Shown: positions 55,292 to 64,000 of the stretch, piece by piece | How positions within the stretch are numbered: the first letter of the stretch is position 1 | Layout: each line of letters opens with the position of its first letter | Assembly: GCA_001785445.1 (NCBI GenBank) | Contig: MFTV01000010.1 | Coordinates: forward strand, 19,235 to 83,234 | Reading direction: 5' to 3' | From: Candidatus Nomurabacteria bacterium RIFCSPHIGHO2_02_40_30 | Lineage (GTDB): Bacteria > Patescibacteriota > Minisyncoccia > Phycocordibacterales > UBA9973 | Length of the DNA stretch: 64,000 nucleotides | Notes under the pieces: model-generated | Seen by the model: the letters and a program-made list of their open reading frames with translations, nothing else | What the model was told of the DNA's origin: nothing | Databases searched by the model: none | Translations under genes and position numbers: made by a program

Positions 55292-56206
55292 ATGAACCAA
55301 TCTAGTAAAAAATTAATTACCCACAACGGCTCTTTCCATACAGATGATATTTTCGCTGCGGCCACGCTTTCTCTTTTACTGGAACGGAAAGGCGAGTCGT
55401 ATGAAATAATTCGCACCCGAGATGAGGAAATAATAAAAAATGGCAAAAAAGATGGACAGTATGTTTTTGATGTAGGAGGAGTGTATGACGCAGAGCAAAA
55501 CAGATTTGACCATCATCAAGTCGGCGGGGCGGGAAAAAATAAAAATAATATAGAATATTCTTCTTTCGGCTTGGTTTGGGAAAAATTCGGAGAGGAATTT
55601 TGTGGCTCTAGCGAAGTTGCCGACATAATAGAGAAAAAGTTAGTAGCTCCAGTGGACGCGCATGACAATGGAGTGGATTTAGTAAAAAATATTTCTGATG
55701 TTTCGCCGTATCATATACAACATTTCTTCTCTTCAATGAATCCAACATGGCGCGAAGAAGATTTTGATTCCGACAAGATGTTTTTAGAGGCTGTGGCAAT
55801 TGCAAAAAAAATATTATTACGAGAAGTTACCCATATTACCGATTTTGTTTTAGCTGAAAAGTCAGTAATTTCTTTTTATAGCAAAGCACAAGATAAAAGA
55901 ATTATTATTTTAGACAAGAATTATCCTTCTGAATATATATTGACTAATTTTCCAGAACCTCTTTTTGTAATTTATCCAAGAGAAAGAGATACTTGGGGAG
56001 CCAAAGCAATCAGGACTGACGTAAAAAGTTTCAAAAATCGCAAAGATTTCCCAGTATCTTGGGCAGGGTTACGAGATGAAGAATTGCAAAAGGCTAGCGG
56101 AGTATCTGATGCAGTATTTTGCCACCGCGCCCTTTTTCTAGCTGTAGCAAAGTCCCCCGAGGGAGCTACTAAATTAGCGCAAATTGCCTTAGAATCATTA
56201 GAATAA
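55292..56206 (+). CDS. MYG1/UPF0160-family metal-dependent hydrolase
   Basis: Start set at MNQSSKKLITHNGSFHTDDIFA (ATG 55292, directly after the DedA stop). Conserved THNGSFHTDD and FDHHQ motifs. Confidence 0.75.
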   Translation: MNQSSKKLITHNGSFHTDDIFAAATLSLLLERKGESYEIIRTRDEEIIKNGKKDGQYVFDVGGVYDAEQNRFDHHQVGGAGKNKNNIEYSSFGLVWEKFGEEFCGSSEVADIIEKKLVAPVDAHDNGVDLVKNISDVSPYHIQHFFSSMNPTWREEDFDSDKMFLEAVAIAKKILLREVTHITDFVLAEKSVISFYSKAQDKRIIILDKNYPSEYILTNFPEPLFVIYPRERDTWGAKAIRTDVKSFKNRKDFPVSWAGLRDEELQKASGVSDAVFCHRALFLAVAKSPEGATKLAQIALESLE

Positions 56207-56213
56207 AATTAGC

Positions 56214-57209
56214 ATGGCCTTTATTGATGAAATAAATATATACGGTCAAGCCGGCCGAGGCGGGGACGGTGTGGTGCGCTGGCGTCAGGAGAAATTCGTG
56301 CCTAAGGGTGGTCCTTCCGGAGGTGACGGTGGCCGAGGCGGGGACTTTTATGTGCAAGCAGTGCGAGATGTGCATATTCTTTCCAAATACAAAGCTAAGA
56401 AAAAATTTATCGCCGAGAGGGGTGAAGATGGCAGTAATAAAAGCCTACATGGGAAATCAGGGGATGACTTTGTTTTAGAGTTGCCCATAGGCTCTATAAT
56501 TACCAACCTTGATACGGACGAAAGTTGGCAGTTAAACAAAGAAGGAGAAAAAATTATGCTTTTAAAAGGCGGATACGGCGGCTTCGGCAATGAACATTTT
56601 AAAAGTTCTCTCAACACTACTCCAAAAGAATCTCGCCCAGGGGCTGTTGGCGAGCACGGAAATTTTAAAATAGAGTTAGAACTTTTTGCAGATATCGGGC
56701 TCATTGGCCTTCCAAACGCCGGCAAGACTTCGCTTTTAAATGCATTTACTAATGCGGAAGCTAAAGTGGGAGATTATGAATTCACTACTCTTGACCCCAA
56801 TTTGGGAGATTTTTATGGCTTTATCATTGCTGATATTCCAGGGCTGATTGAAGGAGCTTCGGAGGGCAGAGGCTTGGGAGTCAAATTCTTACGTCACATC
56901 AAGCGCACTAAAATGCTGGCGCATCTAGTGTCATTCGAAAATTCTAGTATGCTCAAGACTTATAAAGAAGTGCGTAAAGAATTGGCCAAGTATGATAAAA
57001 AATTAAATTTAGGAGACGAAGGTTTGTCGGCAAAAGACGAGATAATCATTCTCACCAAGACAGATGTCAAAGAAGATCAAAAAATAGTTGCAAAAAAGAT
57101 CAAAGAATTTAAAAAAATAAGTAAAAATGTTTTCACAATTTCGTTATTTGATGATAAAATGATTAAGAAATTAAGAGATGAATTAGTGAAGATTTTAAAG
57201 AAGAAATAA
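56214..57209 (+). CDS. obg: GTPase Obg
   Basis: Obg fold with glycine-rich repeats (GRGGDGVVRW..GGPSGGDGGRGGDFY) and a G-domain (GLPNAGKTSLLN, DIPGLIEGA, TKTD). Confidence 0.9.
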   Translation: MAFIDEINIYGQAGRGGDGVVRWRQEKFVPKGGPSGGDGGRGGDFYVQAVRDVHILSKYKAKKKFIAERGEDGSNKSLHGKSGDDFVLELPIGSIITNLDTDESWQLNKEGEKIMLLKGGYGGFGNEHFKSSLNTTPKESRPGAVGEHGNFKIELELFADIGLIGLPNAGKTSLLNAFTNAEAKVGDYEFTTLDPNLGDFYGFIIADIPGLIEGASEGRGLGVKFLRHIKRTKMLAHLVSFENSSMLKTYKEVRKELAKYDKKLNLGDEGLSAKDEIIILTKTDVKEDQKIVAKKIKEFKKISKNVFTISLFDDKMIKKLRDELVKILKKK

Positions 57210-57211
57210 AT

Positions 57212-58642
57212 ATGGAAAATAAATATTACACAACGATAGGGCTGGAAATACACGCGGAGCTCAAGACAAAAACGAAAATGTTTTGCTCTTGCAAGAATGA
57301 CCCTGATGAAGAGAAGCCGAATGTAAATATCTGCCCAGTGTGTATGGCGCATCCGGGGGCGTTGCCGGTAATAAATAAGAAAGCTATTGAATATGTGATA
57401 AAAGTTGGCTTAGCGCTAGATTCAAGTATTGCGGATTTTTCAGAATTTGACCGTAAAAATTATTTCTATCCAGATATTCCCAAAGGTTACCAGATTTCCC
57501 AATATAAATACCCGATAGTTTCCGGTGGACACTTAGCAGACTTTGACATTACCCGTGTGCACTTGGAGGAAGATACTGCCAATAATAAGCACGACAGAGG
57601 GGACTACTCGCTGATAGATTTCAACCGTGCAGGCGTGCCGCTGATGGAACTTGTCACTGAAGCTCATACTTTTGACAGTGCCGAAAAGGCTGCAAAAGCT
57701 GCCAGTAATTTTGCAAAAGAGTATCAACTTATCCTTTGGTACATAGACGTGTCGGAAGCCAATATGGAAAAAGGGGAGATGCGAGTGGAAGCTAATATTT
57801 CAATTTCCAAAGACCGGAAAACTTTGGGGACAAAAGTAGAAGTGAAGAATTTGAATTCTTTTAAAAGTGTTGAACGTGCCATATTATTTGAAGTAAACAG
57901 GATGACGCAGTTGCACGATAGTGGCAAGGAAACGGAAATAGTGCAGGAGACGCGTGGCTGGGATGAAAATAAGCAAAAAACTTTTTCCCAGAGAAAAAAA
58001 GAGTCCAGTGAAGGCTATAGATATTTTCCGGAGCCTGATTTACCAAAATTAAAGCTCCACGAAGCTTTTGACTTAGAAAAAATGAAGAAAGATTTGCCTG
58101 AGTTGCCTATAGCAAAACGAGCAAGATATAAAAATGATTTCGAAATAAAAGATGAAGATATCCAAGTTTATGTTAATGATGTTGATTTAGGAAGGTGGTT
58201 TGAGGAGGTGGCAAAAAACTTAATGAAAAAAGATAGTGTGAAAATTCTTTCAAATTATGTTACTTCAGATTATCTTGGGTTCAAAAAAAATAATCCAGAA
58301 ATAAAACTACCAAGCTCTAAAAATTTTGTTGAACTTATAAACTTAGTTGCAGAAAATAAAATTTCTTCTCGAGTGGCTAAAGATGTTTTGGCAATGATTG
58401 TATTCAATGATGAGTCACCACTCAAAATTGCTACTGAGAAAAATTTACTGCAAAGCAACGATGAAAGCGCGCTTAAAGGAATAGTAGAGAAAATTATAAA
58501 AGAAAACCCTGAAGTTGTGGCTACCTATAAAGGTGGAAAAGAAAATGCCATGATGTCTCTCGTGGGTAAGATAATAAAAGAATCCAATGGCTCTGCAAAT
58601 CCGCAAATCGTTATTAAATTATTAAAAGAAATGCTAACATAA
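57212..58642 (+). CDS. gatB: Asp-tRNA(Asn)/Glu-tRNA(Gln) amidotransferase subunit B
   Basis: IGLEIHAELKTKTKMFCSC...NICPVCMAHPGALPV is the GatB N-terminal signature. C-terminal YqeY-like domain. Confidence 0.9.
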   Translation: MENKYYTTIGLEIHAELKTKTKMFCSCKNDPDEEKPNVNICPVCMAHPGALPVINKKAIEYVIKVGLALDSSIADFSEFDRKNYFYPDIPKGYQISQYKYPIVSGGHLADFDITRVHLEEDTANNKHDRGDYSLIDFNRAGVPLMELVTEAHTFDSAEKAAKAASNFAKEYQLILWYIDVSEANMEKGEMRVEANISISKDRKTLGTKVEVKNLNSFKSVERAILFEVNRMTQLHDSGKETEIVQETRGWDENKQKTFSQRKKESSEGYRYFPEPDLPKLKLHEAFDLEKMKKDLPELPIAKRARYKNDFEIKDEDIQVYVNDVDLGRWFEEVAKNLMKKDSVKILSNYVTSDYLGFKKNNPEIKLPSSKNFVELINLVAENKISSRVAKDVLAMIVFNDESPLKIATEKNLLQSNDESALKGIVEKIIKENPEVVATYKGGKENAMMSLVGKIIKESNGSANPQIVIKLLKEMLT

Positions 58643-58646
58643 TAGT

Positions 58647-59513
58647 ATGAAAACACTTCGTGAATGTATAAAAGAATCAGAAGAAAAAGGTGTAGCGATA
58701 GGGCATTTTAATATTTCAAATCTGGAAGGATTCCATGCTATATACAATGCCGCTAAAAAACTCAATGTTCCTATTGTTATTGGTTTGTCGGAAGGGGAAG
58801 CCGGAGCTGTCGGTCATACTGAAGGAGTAGCCTTGGTTCGTGCCATAAGAGAACGGGACAACTACCCGATATTCATAAATGCAGACCACCATGGCAGCTT
58901 TGAGGCAGTAAAACAAGCTATAGATGCTGGTTTTGATGCCGTAATTATAGACGGAGCAAAATTAAGTTTTGAGGAAAATGTAAAAATTACTAAAGAGTGT
59001 GTTGAGTATGCCAAAAAAGTGAGTAGTGAAACAGGAAGAGGTATCTTAGTAGAAGGTGAGCTAGGATATATCGGTTCCGGTTCAATCATCAGAGACACCA
59101 TTCCGGAAGGCGCAGGAATTTTAACAAAAGTGGAAGATGCGAAGAAATTTGTTGAACTCACAGACATAGACTTGCTGGCTCCGTCAGTTGGTAGCATTCA
59201 TGGACTAATAAAATCCGGCAAGCCACATATAAATGCAGAGCTTGTAGCTGAAATAAGAAAAGCCACAGGTGTGCCTTTAGTTCTACATGGTGGTTCAGGG
59301 CTAAGAGGTGAAGATTTTACTAACGCAATAAAATCCGGAATTTCAACAGTTCATATAAATACTGAAATTAGAATTGCTTTCGTGGAAGGTCTAAAAAAGT
59401 CTCTTCTTGAAAAGCCGAATGAAGTTACTCCTTATAAAGTTACAAAGCCTGCTCAGGATGCAGTGGAAAAAGTGGTAGAAGAAAGATTGAAACTTTTTAA
59501 TGGGATTAAGTAA
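58647..59513 (+). CDS. fba: Class II fructose-bisphosphate aldolase family protein
   Basis: GVAIGHFNISNLEG...NADHHGSFE...GELGYIGSGS...LHGGSG are class II FBA/TBP aldolase motifs. Confidence 0.8.
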   Translation: MKTLRECIKESEEKGVAIGHFNISNLEGFHAIYNAAKKLNVPIVIGLSEGEAGAVGHTEGVALVRAIRERDNYPIFINADHHGSFEAVKQAIDAGFDAVIIDGAKLSFEENVKITKECVEYAKKVSSETGRGILVEGELGYIGSGSIIRDTIPEGAGILTKVEDAKKFVELTDIDLLAPSVGSIHGLIKSGKPHINAELVAEIRKATGVPLVLHGGSGLRGEDFTNAIKSGISTVHINTEIRIAFVEGLKKSLLEKPNEVTPYKVTKPAQDAVEKVVEERLKLFNGIK

Positions 59514-61170
59514 TCTCATGAAAGAAGAAATTAAAAAAATTTTTAAAGGGGAAGTAGCGGATGATGAAGCGACTATATTAATGTATTCACATGATGCGAG
59601 TCTCTTGGAAGTGCGGCCGAAGGTTGTGGTATACCCGAAAGATGCACAAGATGTGAAAAATTTAGTTAAGTGGGTGGACGAAAATAAAAATAAATATAAA
59701 GACCCAGAAAAAAACAAAGATTGGAAAAGTTTATCTATTACCGCTCGTTGCGCGGGGACAGACATGTCTGGTGGAGCCATAGGAGAGTCTATAATAATGG
59801 ATTTCACGAGGCATATGAATAAGCTCGTGTCTTTTAAAGGTGACAGAATTACGGTACAGCCAGGGATGTTTTACCGAGATTTTGAAAAAATCACTTTAGA
59901 AAGAGGACTAATTTTACCTTGCTATACGGCTTCCAAAAGCCTCAATGCCATGGGTGGAATGTTCGGCAATAATTCTGCCGGAGAAAGAACTTTGAAATAC
60001 GGCAAAACTGAAGATTACATTTTAGAGAGTAGAGTTGTTTTTTCTGACGGAGTCGAAAGAATAATAAAACCTTTCCCCGTTAGTGAAATTCTAAAAAAAG
60101 AAGAAATTAATAAAAAAATTTATCAATTAATTAAAAAAAACGAAGAAGAGATAGAAAAAGCGAAACCAAAAGTACATAAAAACTCGGCAGGCTATTATAT
60201 TTGGAATGTTATACATGATAATGTTTTTGATTTAAACAAACTCCTTGTGGGTTCGCAGGGGACTTTGGGCATAGCCACGGAAATTACTTTCAAAGTTATA
60301 CAAAATAATAAATATTCCAAATTGGTGGTTATTTTTATGAACGACCTAGAGCCACTTGGTCGACTGGTGGACGAGATTTTGATGTTTAGTCCAGAAACAC
60401 TGGAAGCTTACGACGACAAAACCATGAAGTTGGCAGTTAGATTTTTCCCAGATTTTTTGAAAAATAAAGGATTATTCGGAATGCTCAAACTCATGTGGAG
60501 TTTTCTACCGGAATTTTTAATGATGGTAACGGGAGGCTTCCCGAAGTTAATTCTTCTAGCAGAGTTCGCTGGGAAAAATGACGTTGAGGTGCAAAGTAAA
60601 TGCATAAAAATGCAAAATAATATTAAAAATTTCAAATTAAAAGTTCATATAACAAGGTCGGAAGATGAAGCCAATAAATATTGGGACATAAGAAGAGAAA
60701 GCTTTGCTCTCTTGCGCAAGCACGTCAAAGGACTTCGCACTGCTCCGTTTATTGACGATATCATAGTGCGTCCGGAGTTCTTGCCGAAGTTTCTGCCTCA
60801 ACTGAACACTATTTTAGCTAAATACGATTTAAAATATACTATTGCGGGGCACGCTGGGGACGGCAATTTCCACATTATTCCGCTAATGGATTTTTCAAGC
60901 CCTGACACTGCAAAAATCATAACTGACCTATCTTTGAAAGTGTATACCCTTGTATCACAATATCATGGCTCGATTACTGCCGAGCATAATGATGGCATTA
61001 TCCGTACACCATACCTAGACAAGATGTATTCTCCGGCTGTACTTGAAATTTTTAAGAATATTAAAGAGATTTTTGACCCTAAAAGTATTTTTAATCCGGG
61101 CAAGAAAATTGCCACAGAGAACTTAGGTGGTACCAAAGAATATATAACAAATCACATTGCAAAAGAATAA
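59500..61170 (+). CDS. FAD-linked oxidase (FAD_binding_4 / GlcD-D-lactate dehydrogenase-like)
   Basis: PCMH-type FAD-binding domain (..RCAGTDMSGGAIGESIIMDF..) and a C-terminal FAD-oxidase domain (...GSITAEHNDGIIRTPYL..). Confidence 0.7.
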   Translation: MGLSNLMKEEIKKIFKGEVADDEATILMYSHDASLLEVRPKVVVYPKDAQDVKNLVKWVDENKNKYKDPEKNKDWKSLSITARCAGTDMSGGAIGESIIMDFTRHMNKLVSFKGDRITVQPGMFYRDFEKITLERGLILPCYTASKSLNAMGGMFGNNSAGERTLKYGKTEDYILESRVVFSDGVERIIKPFPVSEILKKEEINKKIYQLIKKNEEEIEKAKPKVHKNSAGYYIWNVIHDNVFDLNKLLVGSQGTLGIATEITFKVIQNNKYSKLVVIFMNDLEPLGRLVDEILMFSPETLEAYDDKTMKLAVRFFPDFLKNKGLFGMLKLMWSFLPEFLMMVTGGFPKLILLAEFAGKNDVEVQSKCIKMQNNIKNFKLKVHITRSEDEANKYWDIRRESFALLRKHVKGLRTAPFIDDIIVRPEFLPKFLPQLNTILAKYDLKYTIAGHAGDGNFHIIPLMDFSSPDTAKIITDLSLKVYTLVSQYHGSITAEHNDGIIRTPYLDKMYSPAVLEIFKNIKEIFDPKSIFNPGKKIATENLGGTKEYITNHIAKE

Positions 61171-61191
61171 GTTTTAGGCTATACTCTTCCG

Positions 61192-61881
61192 ATGTTTGCC
61201 ATTAAAGCCACCAAGAGAGATTTAAAAGTAAAGCTAGATACCTTAAGGAAAGGAGGGGAAATTCCGGCTGTTTTTTATGGTTTGGGTAAAGTTTCCACTT
61301 CTATTTCAATTCCTATTATTCAGTTTAAAAAAGTCTGGCGCGAAGCGGGGGAATCTTCAGCTGTTAAAGTATCAATGACAGATGCGGATATTGATGTGCT
61401 GATTCATGAAGTGCAGGTAGACCCTGTTACAGATGAGCCAATTCATGTGGACTTTTTGGCTATAGACATGAATAAGAAGATACGAGTGAAAGTGGCTTTG
61501 GTATTCGAAGGTGTATCGAATGCAGTGAAGAGTGGCATAGGCAATCTCGTAAAAGTATTGCATGAGATTGAAGTAGAAGCGTTGCCTAAAGACCTCCCCC
61601 ACAATCTTGTCGCTGACATATCTTCACTCGAAACGTTAGACAATAATATTTTGGTCTCTGATATAAAATTGCCGTCTGGAGTTGTGGTTGTTACAAATGG
61701 CGGGGACGTAGTTGCTTCTGTAGTTGCCCAAGTGGAAGAAAAAGAAGAAATTGTGGTGCCGGTTGACCTCACTGCAATCGAAGTAGAAAAGAAAGGCAAG
61801 AAAGATGAGGAGGGAGTGGAAGGCGAGGCTGCTACTCCGGTTCCAGAAGAAAAAGTAGAAAAGAAAACAGATAAAAAATAA
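61192..61881 (+). CDS. rplY: 50S ribosomal protein L25 / general stress protein Ctc
   Basis: L25 N-terminal beta-barrel (RKGGEIPAVFYG...) followed by an acidic C-terminal extension typical of the Ctc form. Confidence 0.8.
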   Translation: MFAIKATKRDLKVKLDTLRKGGEIPAVFYGLGKVSTSISIPIIQFKKVWREAGESSAVKVSMTDADIDVLIHEVQVDPVTDEPIHVDFLAIDMNKKIRVKVALVFEGVSNAVKSGIGNLVKVLHEIEVEALPKDLPHNLVADISSLETLDNNILVSDIKLPSGVVVVTNGGDVVASVVAQVEEKEEIVVPVDLTAIEVEKKGKKDEEGVEGEAATPVPEEKVEKKTDKK

Positions 61882-61900
61882 AACGGCAGGGTCTAATTTA

Positions 61901-61909
61901 TGTTATAAT
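61901..61909 (+). promoter_or_regulatory. Extended -10 element TGTTATAAT upstream of the transglycosylase-like gene
   Basis: Same TTATGTTATAATA string as upstream of 17598. Lies 8 nt before ATG 61917. Confidence 0.35.
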
Positions 61910-61916
61910 AATAACT

Positions 61917-63251
61917 ATGGTGCAAAAAACCGTAGTTATTATTTTTATATTACTTATCTTTTTCGGCTTCAAGACGCATAAATCCTATGCTCAATTTGAC
62001 TGTCTTACACTAACAACCTCTTCAGCCGAAGCTGACAAGGACTTCTGTAAAAGTGAATTAAATCAGATAGAAGCTCAACTTTCGGAACTTCTAGCTAAAC
62101 AACAAGAACAAAAAAAGCAAACAGGTACTATAAAGGGTGATGTGGATTATTTAACCAGCCAGATTAATGCCCTAAAAACAAAAATTAAAGCAAGGAGTCT
62201 AGCTATTGCTCAGTTAAAAGTAAACATAACAGAAAAGAAAAATAAAATAGAATCACTTTCCGACAAAATAGAGCGTGAGCATGAATCCTTGGCGCAACTT
62301 TTGCGTAATACTAACGAATCTGACGACGAAACTATTGTGCATCTCATTCTTTCTGATGCCAGTATTTCAAATTTTTATAGTGATTTAGAATCTTATGCTT
62401 CCATCAAGCAGGCGGTTAAAGCCTCAGCAGACATTATTAGGGGCATAAAAACTGAAACCGAAGTCGCCAAAAAGGATCTTGAAAAAAAGCAAAATGCTGA
62501 AACAGATGCCAAAGTTGAACTAGAAAATGCTCAAAAAAAAGTAGCCAAATCTGAAGCCGAGAAAAAACAGCTTCTAGCTATTTCAAAAGAAAAAGAGCAA
62601 GTATATCAAAAACTAGCGGCTGAAAAAAAGTCTCGCGCGGATAAAATTCGCGCCGCCTTATTCCAACTTCGTGATACGAAGGCTATTCCTTTCGGTATCG
62701 CATTGCAATATGCCAAAGAAGCTGAAATTCAAACCGGAGTCCGCCCGGCATTTCTGCTTGCTTTAATCACTCAAGAAACAAATCTCGGAGCAAATGTGGG
62801 CACTTGCAATCGCTCGGATGACCCTCCGTCGAAAAGTTGGAAAAATATTATGAAGCCTGAGCGAGACATTGCGCCATTTGAAAGAATAACTTCGGCATTG
62901 GGAATAAATCCTTTCGGGACTCCGCTTTCTTGTCCACAAGGCGGAGGCTGGGGTGGGGCCATGGGTCCTTCGCAATTTATTCCTTCCACTTGGGAACTTT
63001 ATGCAAAAAAGATTGCAACTGCCTTAGGCATCAGCGGAATGCCAAATCCATGGGAGCCGGAGCACGCATTTATGGCTTCCTCTATTTATCTCGGAGAGCT
63101 GGGGGCAGACAATGGAGGCTATACTGCGGAGAGAACTGCGGCGCTTAAATATTTTGCCGGCAGTAATTGGAATAAAAAAGCTAATGCTTTTTATGGCAAT
63201 AGTGTCATGAGTTTAGCCAATAAAATTCAAGCAAACATAGATTTGCTTTAA
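61917..63251 (+). CDS. Secreted lytic transglycosylase-like protein (MltB-type domain) with N-terminal coiled coil
   Basis: Signal/TM segment and roughly 220 aa of coiled coil. C-terminal domain carries ...GAMGPSQFIPSTW..., which resembles the MltB family GxMQFMPxTW motif. Confidence 0.6.
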   Translation: MVQKTVVIIFILLIFFGFKTHKSYAQFDCLTLTTSSAEADKDFCKSELNQIEAQLSELLAKQQEQKKQTGTIKGDVDYLTSQINALKTKIKARSLAIAQLKVNITEKKNKIESLSDKIEREHESLAQLLRNTNESDDETIVHLILSDASISNFYSDLESYASIKQAVKASADIIRGIKTETEVAKKDLEKKQNAETDAKVELENAQKKVAKSEAEKKQLLAISKEKEQVYQKLAAEKKSRADKIRAALFQLRDTKAIPFGIALQYAKEAEIQTGVRPAFLLALITQETNLGANVGTCNRSDDPPSKSWKNIMKPERDIAPFERITSALGINPFGTPLSCPQGGGWGGAMGPSQFIPSTWELYAKKIATALGISGMPNPWEPEHAFMASSIYLGELGADNGGYTAERTAALKYFAGSNWNKKANAFYGNSVMSLANKIQANIDLL

Positions 63252-63277
63252 AATAAAATTCGTGATAAAGTTTCTGG

Positions 63278-63496
63278 GTGAAAAAAGATATCCACCCGAA
63301 ATATGATCTGAAAACCAAAGCTACCTGTGCCTGTGGAGCTGTTTTTTATGTTGGCTCCACGATGCCTTCTATTGCCATGGAAATTTGTAGTAAGTGCCAT
63401 CCTTTCTATACTGGTAATGAAAAAATAATGGATACCGCCGGACGTGTTGAACGTTTCAACAAAAGAAAGGCTGCTACAGCTAAGGTCAAAAAATAA
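63278..63496 (+). CDS. rpmE: 50S ribosomal protein L31
   Basis: MKKDIHPKY...CACG...ICSKCHPFYTG..K...GRVERF is the L31 signature with a C4 zinc site. Confidence 0.85.
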   Translation: MKKDIHPKYDLKTKATCACGAVFYVGSTMPSIAMEICSKCHPFYTGNEKIMDTAGRVERFNKRKAATAKVKK

Positions 63497-63587
63497 ATTA
63501 AGCTGCTCTTTCTCAGGTCCTCGGAATCCTCCGTCCCTATCCCAGCCAGACCATTCGAAAAAGCACTTAATTTATTTTTTTAATTAT

Positions 63588-64000
63588 ATGGATATAGAAG
63601 AATTAAAAAAAGATCATAGAACCAGCTATTTGGCAGTTGCGTTAGAAAAACTCCTTCGTGAAGAGGCGGAAGTGCGCGAAATGCTCGCAGGTGATGACAG
63701 CCTGCATGAAATGGCTGCTAAAGAACTCAAGCTGATACAGGAAGAAAAAGAAAGAGTGGAGAAGCAAGTGCAAGAAATTCTGGACAAAGACAAAGCAGAA
63801 GAAAAATTAAGAGATGAATTTCCGAATGAAATAGTGCTGGAAGTGCGGGCAGGGGCTGGCGGAGACGAAGCTTCTCTTTTCGCTTGGGAGCTTGCGCATA
63901 TGTATGAGAAGTTTTCAGAGGGTCAAGGATGGCAGTGGAGAGTGAATTATGAATCCAAGAGTGATCTTAATGGCTACAAAGAAGCAAGTTTTGAAATAAA
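63588..64000 (+). CDS. prfA: Peptide chain release factor (RF1-type), N-terminal part; runs off the window end
   Basis: ...EIVLEVRAGAGGDEASLFAWELAHMYEKFSEGQGWQW... matches the RF1/RF2 domain 2 signature (VLEIRAGAGGDEAALFA). It is not in the ORF track because there is no stop within the window. Confidence 0.7.
   Translation, partial: MDIEELKKDHRTSYLAVALEKLLREEAEVREMLAGDDSLHEMAAKELKLIQEEKERVEKQVQEILDKDKAEEKLRDEFPNEIVLEVRAGAGGDEASLFAWELAHMYEKFSEGQGWQWRVNYESKSDLNGYKEASFEI

Noticed and set aside
1-64000. CRISPR array, rRNA operon, transposase/integrase genes
   Set aside because: No regularly spaced direct repeats, no rRNA-like sequence, and no transposase or integrase-like ORF were seen. Mobile signals are limited to the GIY-YIG mini-element and the short repeats described above.

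Overview
The window looks like a low-GC (about 35% by eye), densely packed stretch of a small-genome Patescibacteria/CPR-type chromosome. Genes overlap or sit a few bases apart, and most are housekeeping.

Housekeeping content:
- Ribosomal proteins: rplM (C-terminal fragment), rpsI, rpsU, rplU, rplY, rpmE.
- Chaperones: grpE, dnaK, dnaJ.
- Aminoacyl-tRNA synthetases and related: cysS, trpS, aspS/asnS-type, gltX, gatB.
- DNA metabolism and chromosome handling: dnaB, recR, scpA, scpB, rmuC, a DnaQ-like exonuclease.
- Others: obg, prs, fba, pepN, a partial prfA at the window end, and one tRNA-Glu(CTC).
- Cell-wall/division genes in two blocks: mraY-ftsW-murG, and mraZ-rsmH-ftsL-like-ftsI-murF.

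Five paralogous, non-secreted, cysteine-rich proteins of about 550-590 aa are the most striking feature. Each carries multiple zinc ribbons and ends in a DksA/TraR-like C4 finger. Three sit in tandem between grpE and dnaK. One is translationally coupled to an ABC exporter and is flanked by two TraD/TraG/VirD4-like ATPases between dnaK and dnaJ; one of those ATPases carries the same C-terminal finger. The fifth lies directly upstream of mraY. This is a candidate undescribed module.

Other non-housekeeping features:
- A minimal GIY-YIG element with 13-bp terminal inverted repeats and a 7-bp target duplication on the start codon of a HAD hydrolase gene.
- An RPE-like repeat of about 85 nt in three copies, one embedded in-frame in pepN.
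- Two near-identical 45-47-nt palindromes with compensatory changes inside the division/cell-wall cluster.
- A hicBA toxin-antitoxin pair.
- Two GC-rich, possibly foreign or RNA-encoding patches.
- A promoter-to-terminator small-RNA candidate beside the tRNA.
- An MraZ-type GTGGG operator array.

No CRISPR array, rRNA, transposase or integrase was seen.
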